From an uncultured delta proteobacterium (GTDB lineage: Bacteria > Desulfobacterota > Desulfobacteria > Desulfobacterales > SpSt-501): a stretch of DNA of 64,000 nt. Location: assembly GCA_963791285.1 (NCBI GenBank), contig CAWBSC010000023.1:399767-463766 (forward strand). Direction: 5' to 3'. The notes under the pieces are model-generated. The model saw only the letters and a list, made by a program, of their open reading frames with translations. It was not told the DNA's origin and did no database searches. A program made the translations under genes and the position numbers. Each line of letters opens with the position of its first letter. Positions within the stretch are counted from its first letter, which is position 1. Positions 18,484 through 26,835 of this stretch are shown one piece after another.

Positions 18484-20136
18484 TCAGACCGGCATGCCGA
18501 ATTCTACCGCGTACGAACGCCACTCCGGATCGTCGCGTACCAGTCTTCGGTAGGTGCGCATGTTCTCCTCGATCTGCACCGCATCCGCGTTCAGCGCCCG
18601 ATAGGACTGCGCCAGATAGTAATGGCCGAAGGCATGATTGCCGTAGCGCTCGATCACTTCTTCGAAGCAGCCGGCGGCGATCCGATAATCGCCTATTTTC
18701 ATGCGCCGATTGTTGACGAAATTAACGTCGAGGTTCATGAGATAGGCGCGCCGTGAAATCTTCGCAGGTTCCAGGCCTATTTCAGGCGCGTTGAGGATGT
18801 ACTGGTTGCCCTCGATATCGCCGAGCTTCATGTTGCGCGGGATATAGCCCTTTTCAGTCGCAATGCGATACAGCTCGCTACCCCGCACCGGCGACGCCAT
18901 GGAGAACCCGCTCCAATCGAGCCCCCACTCCTTGATGCAGCGCACGGTTTGCTCGCGGTCCTCCTCACGTTCGCCTGGCAGCCCGACGACGAAATAGGCT
19001 TGCACGAAGATATCGTTTTGTTGCAGCGCCTTAACCACCGGGCCGACACGCTCCAGGCGGATCGGTTTCCTGATCACCTTGCGCACCACATGGTCCGATC
19101 CCGACTCGATGGCCAGTGGCAGGGTATCCAGTCCCGCCTGCTTCATCAGGCAGGCCATCTCGTCGTCGATGAAAACCACGGTGACCCCGTTGGGCGTCTC
19201 CAGCCGCAACTTGAATTCCGCGAGCCGGCGGAACAGCTCCTTGGCTCGCCGCATATCCATCAGCAGTTGGTCATCATAGATCGTCAACACGTTCATGCCA
19301 TACCGGTCGACTCGAAACCGCACATGCTCGATGATGGCATCGACCTCGGCATAGCGCATGCTCTTGCCGTGCAGCGAGGGCTCGGCGCAGAACACGCACT
19401 TGAAAGGGCAGCCGCGTGAGGTGACGAGAAAAAACTGGCGCACATCGGTCTCGTTTCGATAGGAGGCGAACGGGGAGAATGCCTCTTTCATGCTGTAGAC
19501 CTTGCGGTCGATTAAGTCATAGTCGACCGCGATGACATCGTTGAGACGTGAAACATACACGCTGGTGGGTTTGACGCCCCGCGATAACGAAGCGCGGGTC
19601 ACCCATGGCGCGCCGGCGAACGCGTCGTCCAAGCTGGGCGAATTGACCACCTTCAGCATCGCCGCTTCGCCTTCGGAGTAGCACAACACATCGATATCCG
19701 GCTGGTCGGCGAGGATCTCCTCGTACGCGGTGGTTGCCGCTGCACCGCCGATGATGACTCGTGTCGCCGCCGAAAATGACTTGGCCTGGCCGGCGATTGC
19801 GGCAACGTGTTTATAAGACTGGTCAAACATCATTGAGATGCCGACGATGTCCGGCCGCAACTCGGCCATCGCCGCGTCGAGCGCCTGTGCATACTGGTCC
19901 GAAGAGTAGCGATTGAGATCGACAATTCGCAGATCGGGAACGGCATGGGCCCGGCGGCGCAAATACGTCGCAATCGACAACACGCCATATGGAAAGGCCA
20001 GGAAGCTGCGGGTCTTGCCCTGAGTGGCATCCTTCTTCTTTTCCAGGTAAGGCAATATCACGAACAGCAGCGACCGGCGCGGGGCGCGGCCCGCAACCGA
20101 TACCGTCGGATCGCAATGCGTTGGGTTCACATCCAT
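18484..20136 (-). CDS. B12-binding-domain radical SAM enzyme (class B), paralog 2
   Basis: ORF 18484..20181. The preferred start is ATG 20136, preceded by AGGAG. Motif TSRGCPFKCVFCAEP. Colinear with paralog 1 over its full length. Confidence 0.85.
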   Translation of the reverse strand: MDVNPTHCDPTVSVAGRAPRRSLLFVILPYLEKKKDATQGKTRSFLAFPYGVLSIATYLRRRAHAVPDLRIVDLNRYSSDQYAQALDAAMAELRPDIVGISMMFDQSYKHVAAIAGQAKSFSAATRVIIGGAAATTAYEEILADQPDIDVLCYSEGEAAMLKVVNSPSLDDAFAGAPWVTRASLSRGVKPTSVYVSRLNDVIAVDYDLIDRKVYSMKEAFSPFASYRNETDVRQFFLVTSRGCPFKCVFCAEPSLHGKSMRYAEVDAIIEHVRFRVDRYGMNVLTIYDDQLLMDMRRAKELFRRLAEFKLRLETPNGVTVVFIDDEMACLMKQAGLDTLPLAIESGSDHVVRKVIRKPIRLERVGPVVKALQQNDIFVQAYFVVGLPGEREEDREQTVRCIKEWGLDWSGFSMASPVRGSELYRIATEKGYIPRNMKLGDIEGNQYILNAPEIGLEPAKISRRAYLMNLDVNFVNNRRMKIGDYRIAAGCFEEVIERYGNHAFGHYYLAQSYRALNADAVQIEENMRTYRRLVRDDPEWRSYAVEFGMPV

Positions 20137-20161
20137 GCTGCACTCCTGTCCCCGCGCCGGA

Positions 20162-21478
20162 TCATGGCGCGCCGCAACCATCGCGCGTTCGGCTCAGTGC
20201 TTCGGCCCATTGCGCCAGCTTCGGGTCGGTGGGAAAGTAATGGTGGAATTGAAAGGCGCTGCCCTTGGTCTCTTCGAAGGCGTCGTGCGGCATGGTTGGG
20301 AGCGCTTTAATCGACAGCGTTCCGTCGTCATTGAAAATGCGGCCCGATTCCTGGCACGCCAGGAACCAGTTGTGGGGCTGATCCCCCAACACGCTTCGAA
20401 AATCGATCCGAGCGCGTGATCGCGACACCAGGTTCTGATAGGTGACGATGAATGCGTCGGCCAGACGCGCGCGGGTGAAACGCTGCCGGACATTCGACGC
20501 TGCCCGTCGAGCCATGGCCTGACGTTCGGCGGGGGTGCGAGATAACCACCGGATCGCCTCCGCGAACTCGCGTCGGGACGACACCACCATCCCCGTCACA
20601 CCGTGAGAGACGATCGCGGTCTCGGCCGCGTTGTCGAGGACAACGGGCACCACGCCCATCGCCATGGCCTCGATCAGCGCATTCTCGGCCGTGCCATAGT
20701 GCCGAGGGTTGAGCAAGTAAGCCAGGACATCCATCTGGCCGAGTTCGGCGGCCACATCGGTGACGTATCCCCGGAACTCGATCAGTTGCGGACGCCCCGC
20801 AGCGACACACTGGCGATGCAACTGCGCACGGTTCAGCTCGTCGCCCACCATCCGCACTCGAAATTCGGGGTCGCGTACGGCGGCTAACCAGTCGACGTAC
20901 TCGGGGTGCAACTTCGAGAAGTTCAAGCTGCCGAGGTAACCGGTCACCATGCGACGAGTTGGGTGGGCCTGTCGCCACAGGGGTGCCGGCAGATCTTCAC
21001 AGCCGACTCCACTGGAAATGACCGTGATCCGCCCCTCGGCCGCCGATCTTGTCCCGCGGATATTGGGAGCACCCAGCGAGCAAGGCGACGTGAGCACGAA
21101 CTGTGATGCCGCATCGGCCAGCCCGGCCGGTATCACCGGATTGACCAGACCGGACTGATGGCACCAGACCAGCAGCCTTGCCGTCAGAGCATGCAACCCG
21201 CACAGGGTCTCCAGAGTAGCTGGATGGTTCCACCACTCCACCTGGACGATGTCTGCCGTCTCGATGCGCCGCCTCAGCTCCTCACGGCCCGGCCGAACGA
21301 CAACGTCGCAGCCCGCGTCACGGATGGGCCGAACGAATTGGGTCTTTTCCGGACTCTCCAGACAAACGAACGAATGCCGAATGTCGCTACCGGCTGCGGC
21401 CGTTGCCCTGACCAGATTCGACAGCGCCCTGCCCACGCCACCGCCCAGATGCGGCGTCAAATGCAAAACGGTAATCAC
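20162..21478 (-). CDS. GT4-type (GT-B) glycosyltransferase with extra C-terminal domain
   Basis: 438-aa ORF. MITVLHLTPHLGGGVGRAL N-terminus; E-x7-E region GTAENALIEAMAMGVVPV. ATGA overlap with the upstream gene. Confidence 0.8.
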   Translation of the reverse strand: MITVLHLTPHLGGGVGRALSNLVRATAAAGSDIRHSFVCLESPEKTQFVRPIRDAGCDVVVRPGREELRRRIETADIVQVEWWNHPATLETLCGLHALTARLLVWCHQSGLVNPVIPAGLADAASQFVLTSPCSLGAPNIRGTRSAAEGRITVISSGVGCEDLPAPLWRQAHPTRRMVTGYLGSLNFSKLHPEYVDWLAAVRDPEFRVRMVGDELNRAQLHRQCVAAGRPQLIEFRGYVTDVAAELGQMDVLAYLLNPRHYGTAENALIEAMAMGVVPVVLDNAAETAIVSHGVTGMVVSSRREFAEAIRWLSRTPAERQAMARRAASNVRQRFTRARLADAFIVTYQNLVSRSRARIDFRSVLGDQPHNWFLACQESGRIFNDDGTLSIKALPTMPHDAFEETKGSAFQFHHYFPTDPKLAQWAEALSRTRDGCGAP

Positions 21479-22554
21479 GCAGAAACCGTCGAGATACGGT
21501 TCACGCCGGAGGTAACGCCTGGAACCGACTCGAGTTCGCCGGGTGCATACACTTTAAACTTCGCCAGCAGGCCTTCCCTGTACGCGTCAATATTGTCCGG
21601 CATGCCATGAGATAATTGTCCGCACTGACCGCACACCGGATTCTGCTTGCGCTTCCCCTGCAGATGCTGCTTGCGCAGGGCATTCATCCGATCACCATGC
21701 CAGATGGAAGGGATGGACTGGGTCCTGGCATCGCCGATGACCAGCTTCCGTCCCCAGTCCAGAAAGCAGGAACTCACCAAGCCATCCGCATTCACCGACA
21801 TCGAATAGAAAATGTAGGGGCAAGTGTCGGTGAAGGTGATCGGCTGCTTGTAAATCCCCTCGATGATTTTGGCGCCCGTGTACGCCTCGACATCGAACCC
21901 CGGCCAGCATGGAGCGAAATTCTCTATGAAGATGCGGTCACAGGAATCGCCGAAGGTATCCAGGAACTCCTGTCGTTGGGACGCAGAGATCAGATCGCCG
22001 GGAATCTTGATCACCACTTCGCAGCCGTTCCGGTTGGCATACAGCCATCGCACATTTTTGACAAAGCGGCCGAAATCGAAATCAAAGCCGGTGAACTTCA
22101 GGTAGTGCTCACGATTCATCCCGTCGACTGAAATATTGATCTTGTCGAGACCCGCGTCGAGGACGGGCCCAAGCCGCTCCGGCGTTATGAGTGAGCCGTT
22201 TGTGGTGGTGTCGACATACTCGACATGGCCGCTGGCCTTGGCGTACGCGATCATCTTCGCCAGGTTCGGGTTGAGGAAGGGCTCGCCGTCCTTGTACAAG
22301 CGCAGCACCTTTATCGGCTTTTCAAACGCGCCCAGGTCATCAACCACCTTCTGAAGAACCGGGAGTTTCATCACCCCTTGATAACGACCGGTTTCATCGA
22401 TCAAGTCTCGGTGCCCTGTCGGGCAAAATGAACAGTGAAAGTTGCAGACACTCGCCGGATCGGCGAAGACCACGAAGGGAGTGGTCAACGGGATCACGTC
22501 CTGCAACGGGGTGCGGCCTTCAAGATTTATTCCAGGTTTCAGCTTGGCTTTCAT
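21475..22554 (-). CDS. Radical SAM protein with SPASM/twitch-like C-terminal Cys cluster
   Basis: 359-aa ORF. CNFHCSFCP radical SAM motif. C-terminal Cys-rich region (TCPYIF...SSCFLDW...CGQCGQ). Confidence 0.85.
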   Translation of the reverse strand: MKAKLKPGINLEGRTPLQDVIPLTTPFVVFADPASVCNFHCSFCPTGHRDLIDETGRYQGVMKLPVLQKVVDDLGAFEKPIKVLRLYKDGEPFLNPNLAKMIAYAKASGHVEYVDTTTNGSLITPERLGPVLDAGLDKINISVDGMNREHYLKFTGFDFDFGRFVKNVRWLYANRNGCEVVIKIPGDLISASQRQEFLDTFGDSCDRIFIENFAPCWPGFDVEAYTGAKIIEGIYKQPITFTDTCPYIFYSMSVNADGLVSSCFLDWGRKLVIGDARTQSIPSIWHGDRMNALRKQHLQGKRKQNPVCGQCGQLSHGMPDNIDAYREGLLAKFKVYAPGELESVPGVTSGVNRISTVSA

Positions 22555-23494
22555 ATCTCACAGGCTGGTCAGCGACGGGGAACCGTCCGGATTCATCTGG
22601 TTTCGTGAATATGGTTTCCGCCATCCCCTCTTCGAGGGTATAGCGCGGCTGCCACCCCAGATTTTGCAACTGGGTATTCGCCCCGCAGATCATGGGCGGT
22701 TCCCATGCGCGATACGGCAGCGCACCGAACTGCACCAATTCCGAGCGACCGATCAGGGTGGCGATGGTCGTCACCACTTGACGAACGGACACCGGACGTC
22801 CGGACGAAACATTGAAGACGCCGCCGGCCCCCTTTTCCAACAGGACGCAGAAGGCTGCGGCCACATCGACGACGTAAATGTAATCCCGCACCTGCTCGCC
22901 GGCTGTTGTGAGAAACGGAGCGCCCCGCGTCAGCGCCCGGATGGCGGCAGGTGGCAGCCGGCGTTCGTCCTCCTGGGGACCATACGGGTAAAAGATCCGC
23001 CCCCAGGCAAACTGAATACCGGCCCGCGCGGCGATCTGCTGGCCCATCAGGCAGCAGGAAAGCTTGGCCGCCGCATATAGACTTTGGGGCCGGAGGGGGC
23101 TGTCCTCGTTCAGGCAGCCCGCGGCCGTGTCGTACTCGAAGCAGGTTCCCGCGCCCACGATCCGGCGGCAGCCCGCCCGGATCAGCTCGCCGAAGAGGGA
23201 TAGGCTCCCGGTCAACGAATGGATATTTTCCGCAGCATTCAGGTAGGCGCCGGGTTCGGCATGCCAGGCCAAGTGAACGCAACCCTCGGGCCGGACGTCC
23301 GACAGGGCGCGTCGCAGCGCTTCCGCGTCGCCGAGATCTCCGGGCATGACCCGGATCGACCGGCGCACCCCGCGCAGGCGATGCAAGTCATTCCCGGGCC
23401 TTGCCAGGACGACGACCTCGTGCCCCCTCGCCAGCAGGGCCCGGGTCAGGTGCGCCCCGATGAAGCCGGAGGCACCGGTCACGAACACCCTCAT
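22520..23494 (-). CDS. NAD-dependent epimerase/dehydratase-family enzyme (likely sugar-nucleotide 4-ketoreductase/epimerase)
   Basis: ORF 22520..23560. The start is taken at MRVFVTGASGFIGAHL (ATG 23494, ATGA overlap with the upstream stop). YAAAK catalytic motif. Confidence 0.85.
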   Translation of the reverse strand: MRVFVTGASGFIGAHLTRALLARGHEVVVLARPGNDLHRLRGVRRSIRVMPGDLGDAEALRRALSDVRPEGCVHLAWHAEPGAYLNAAENIHSLTGSLSLFGELIRAGCRRIVGAGTCFEYDTAAGCLNEDSPLRPQSLYAAAKLSCCLMGQQIAARAGIQFAWGRIFYPYGPQEDERRLPPAAIRALTRGAPFLTTAGEQVRDYIYVVDVAAAFCVLLEKGAGGVFNVSSGRPVSVRQVVTTIATLIGRSELVQFGALPYRAWEPPMICGANTQLQNLGWQPRYTLEEGMAETIFTKPDESGRFPVADQPVRYESQAETWNKS

Positions 23495-24027
23495 GGAAGC
23501 GGCTCCCAATCCCGGTAGGACATGTCCTTTGCGGAAATTGAGCCCACCGGCAGCGGCCACTCGATTTTAAAAGCGGGGTCGTCCCATCGCACACCCCCCT
23601 CGCTTCCCGGGTGGTAGAAGGCGGACACCTGGTAGAAGACTTCCGCACCCTCCGTGAGGGTCTGGTACCCGTGGGCGAAGCCCTCCGGAACATAGAGCAG
23701 CCTGCGATTTCCGGCCGACAGCTCGACCGCCGCCCATTGCGAGAAGGTCGGGGAGTCGGGCCTCAAATCGAGGATGACGTCGCAAATGGCCCCGGCGGTG
23801 CAGCGCACGAGCTTCGCCTCCGCGTGCGGCGCCCGCTGGTAATGCATTCCGCGCACCGTGCCGACCGTGTGATTGTAGGACAGATTGCACTGGACCAGAT
23901 CGGGGTTCAGGCCGTGCGCCAGGAATTCCCGACGGCAAAACGCACGCGCGAAAAAACCCCGTTCGTCCGCGCGGATTTCGGGTTCGATCAGGTAGGCGCC
24001 TTTCAACCGGGTGGCGACGAAACGCAT
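23491..24027 (-). CDS. NDP-4-dehydro-6-deoxyhexose 3,5-epimerase (RmlC/cupin family)
   Basis: 178-aa ORF. RGMHYQ and LYVPEGFAHGYQTL motifs. Confidence 0.9.
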   Translation of the reverse strand: MRFVATRLKGAYLIEPEIRADERGFFARAFCRREFLAHGLNPDLVQCNLSYNHTVGTVRGMHYQRAPHAEAKLVRCTAGAICDVILDLRPDSPTFSQWAAVELSAGNRRLLYVPEGFAHGYQTLTEGAEVFYQVSAFYHPGSEGGVRWDDPAFKIEWPLPVGSISAKDMSYRDWEPLP

Positions 24028-24033
24028 GCCGGG

Positions 24034-24810
24034 CTACCACACCTTCCACTCGGCGCGGCCGGATTCCCATAGTCGGTTGAGGTCTTCCTTGTCGCGCAGC
24101 GCATCCATACACTTCCAGAACCCGTGGTGCTTGTAGGCCATCAGCTGCTGGTCCCGCGAAAGGCTCTCCAGCGGGTCCTGTTCCCACATTTTCTGGTCCG
24201 AGTCCGGCGGCAAATAGGAGAACACGTCCGGCCGCAGGACGAAAAAACCGCCGTTGATCCAGCCGCCGTCGCCGACGATTTTTTCCTTGAAGCTGGATAC
24301 GCGTTCGTCGTCGTCCAGCGTCAGCAGGCCGAACCGCCCCGCCGGCTGGACGGCCGTCACCGTGGCGATTTTCCCGTGTCTGCGGTGAAACGCGATCAAC
24401 TCTTCCAGGCGGATGTCGGCGATGCCGTCGCCGTAGGTCAGCAGGAACTCTTCGTTGCCGACGTAGTGTTGGACTCGCTTCAGGCGGCCGGCCGTCCGAG
24501 TATGAAGCCCGGTTTCCACCAACGTCACCCGGAAATTCTCCGTATTGGCGTGATAGATTTCAAAGCTGTTGGTTTTCAGATTGAAGGTGACGTCCGAATT
24601 GTAGACGTAGTAGTTCATGAAGTACTCTTTGATCATGTACCCCTTGTAGCCCAGGCAGATGATGAAGTCGGTATGCCCCTGCGCGGCGTAAATTTTCATG
24701 ATGTGCCAGAGCATGGGTTTTTCGCCGATCTCGATCATCGGCTTGGGTTTCAGCCATGATTCTTCCGATATGCGAGTACCGAGTCCGCCGGCAAAAATGA
24801 CGACTTTCAT
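24034..24810 (-). CDS. rfbF: Glucose-1-phosphate cytidylyltransferase
   Basis: 258-aa ORF. MKVVIFAGGLGTRISEESWLKPKPMIEIGEKPMLWHIMKIY is a near-textbook RfbF N-terminus. Confidence 0.9.
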   Translation of the reverse strand: MKVVIFAGGLGTRISEESWLKPKPMIEIGEKPMLWHIMKIYAAQGHTDFIICLGYKGYMIKEYFMNYYVYNSDVTFNLKTNSFEIYHANTENFRVTLVETGLHTRTAGRLKRVQHYVGNEEFLLTYGDGIADIRLEELIAFHRRHGKIATVTAVQPAGRFGLLTLDDDERVSSFKEKIVGDGGWINGGFFVLRPDVFSYLPPDSDQKMWEQDPLESLSRDQQLMAYKHHGFWKCMDALRDKEDLNRLWESGRAEWKVW

Positions 24811-24870
24811 GTGATCTCCTGCTGGTCCTGTCGGTGCTTCAGGATATTCTGCGGCCTTGGTCCGCGCGGT

Positions 24871-26073
24871 CTATATTGCGATCGGCCTCGGCCCGCGACA
24901 CCGCGTGCGATCGGCCGGTTTGGGCGTCTCGACGACCGGACGCCTGCGACCCCGATGCTCAGCCGCGGGAGCGGCCGCCCCCATTGCTTTTTCTTCGACC
25001 TGTCGAATCTGCTCCCGACAATACGGGTACATGTCCTTTGCCGGGTGACCGGAGTAATAGGCTTTATACCAGTCGGTCGTCATGCGCAGGCATTCGTCGA
25101 CAGTGAGGACGCTGCGCCAATCGAGATCAGCATGGGCCTTGTCGCAGTTCAGCTTGAGACGCATCGCTTCGTGGGGGGCCTGCGGATCGGAGAGGTCATC
25201 CCAACATCCCTTACCCCAGCAGTCGATGAGCCGGTCGGCCATCGCGGCCACCGTCAGGGCGCTGCGGCTCTCGGGGCCGAAATTCCAGGCGCCGGAATAG
25301 GCCGCGGGGTCTCGCCAGAGGGCGGCGCCGAGGCGCAGATAACCGTGAAGGGGTTCCAGAACGTGCTGCCAGGGCCGGATGGCGTTGGGGTTGCGAATGC
25401 CGATGGCCCGCCCGCTGCTGAGGGCACGGATGCAATCGGGGACGAGGCGGTCTGCACCCCAGTCGCCGCCGCCGATGACATTCCCCGCCCGCGCGGATGC
25501 GGCTCCGATGCACGCGACCCCGGGCCGTGAACCGGAAGGGCGCGGGGAAAAAAACGATTTCAGATACGCCTTGAAGACCAGTTCCGCGCACCCCTTGGAT
25601 GCGCTGTAGGGATCATGGCCCCCCAGCGGGTCGTTCTCCCGGTAGCCCCAGGCCCACTCCTGGTTTTCATAACACTTGTCGCTGGTCACATTGACCATGA
25701 CTCTGACGCTGGCGGTTCGGCGGACAGCCTCCAGCACGTTCACCGTGCCGCCGACGTTCGTGTCGAAGGTCGTTTTCGGCTCATCGTATGAAAGACGAAC
25801 AATGGGCTGGGCGGCCAAGTGAAAGACCACCTCCGGCTGATAGGTAGTGAACGCCTCCATCAGCCCGTTCAAATTTCGAATGTCTCCGTAAAGGTGCGTT
25901 ATTTTCTCGTGCAGCCTCGTTGCCATAAAATTGCTGGGGCTGCTCGGGGGCGCGAGTGAATAGCCGATGACGTCCGCACCCAATTCCTTCAGCCAGATCG
26001 CCAGCCAGGACCCTTTGAAACCGGTGTGGCCCGTGATGAGCACCGTCTTGTCTTTGTAGCTGTCAGCGAACAC
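24871..26073 (-). CDS. rfbG: CDP-glucose 4,6-dehydratase (with ~40-aa low-complexity C-terminal tail)
   Basis: 400-aa ORF. KTVLITGHTGFKGSWLAIWL and YSASKGCAEL motifs. Confidence 0.9.
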   Translation of the reverse strand: MFADSYKDKTVLITGHTGFKGSWLAIWLKELGADVIGYSLAPPSSPSNFMATRLHEKITHLYGDIRNLNGLMEAFTTYQPEVVFHLAAQPIVRLSYDEPKTTFDTNVGGTVNVLEAVRRTASVRVMVNVTSDKCYENQEWAWGYRENDPLGGHDPYSASKGCAELVFKAYLKSFFSPRPSGSRPGVACIGAASARAGNVIGGGDWGADRLVPDCIRALSSGRAIGIRNPNAIRPWQHVLEPLHGYLRLGAALWRDPAAYSGAWNFGPESRSALTVAAMADRLIDCWGKGCWDDLSDPQAPHEAMRLKLNCDKAHADLDWRSVLTVDECLRMTTDWYKAYYSGHPAKDMYPYCREQIRQVEEKAMGAAAPAAEHRGRRRPVVETPKPADRTRCRGPRPIAI

Positions 26074-26512
26074 GAACGTGTTTTCCCCTTGGGCTGCCGG
26101 TTTGAAACGACTCGTCGATCTGCGTCAGATCCCCCTCCGTGTTTGGCGGCGCGAGGGACTGAGTGGGGGCCGACGCCGCGCTCTCGAAATAGCGATTGAC
26201 CTCGTGCTTGACCAGTTCGGCGATTCGCGCGGCAAGGTGCTCCAGTGAAGGCGCAGGTGACATCGCTGCGTCCTTCCGGCCCGACGATATCCGCACATCG
26301 ATTTCATCCAGGCTCAGGCCGTCCGCCTTTAGGCGCTTGATCAGCGCGATCACCGCGACATGCTCGGGGGAGTACCGCCTCTGGCCGCCTTTGCTGCGAT
26401 CGGGGAACATATGGGCTTGGAATTTTCTCTCCCAAAACCGCAGCGTGGACTTGGACACCCCGCACTGCGCGCTGACCTGCTGGATGGTGAATAACTGAGA
26501 ATTGGGTTTCAT
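26063..26512 (-). CDS. MerR-family transcriptional regulator
   Basis: ORF 26063..26602. The start is taken at MKPNSQLF (ATG 26512). HTH: FTIQQVSAQCGVSKSTLRFWERKF...RRYSPEHV. Its 3' end overlaps the rfbG start by 11 nt. Confidence 0.75.
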   Translation of the reverse strand: MKPNSQLFTIQQVSAQCGVSKSTLRFWERKFQAHMFPDRSKGGQRRYSPEHVAVIALIKRLKADGLSLDEIDVRISSGRKDAAMSPAPSLEHLAARIAELVKHEVNRYFESAASAPTQSLAPPNTEGDLTQIDESFQTGSPRGKHVRVR

Positions 26513-26835
26513 CTGAATGATCGATTTTCCGGGAGGTGTGGGATGCCAGGGCATGAGGTCGCGAGCCGGGAATATGGCTCCGCCCCTTCGATTACATCCC
26601 AAGGCGGATTTTCGGGCGTGAACTTTAACTTCCGGTTCAACTTAGCAACATATATGCCATGGACTTCCGCAAAAATTTTTATGTTTATTTTCAGAGTATT
26701 GAACGTGGTTTCACGAGGATAACGTGATCGGAAGTCAAGTCGCTGACGTTCAATCTTCAACCACATGCGCTGCAAGTTTGACGGTCCAAAATCGGGCCGG
26801 CGCCTAAACCTTTCCCCGGCACGGGCGATATTCAT

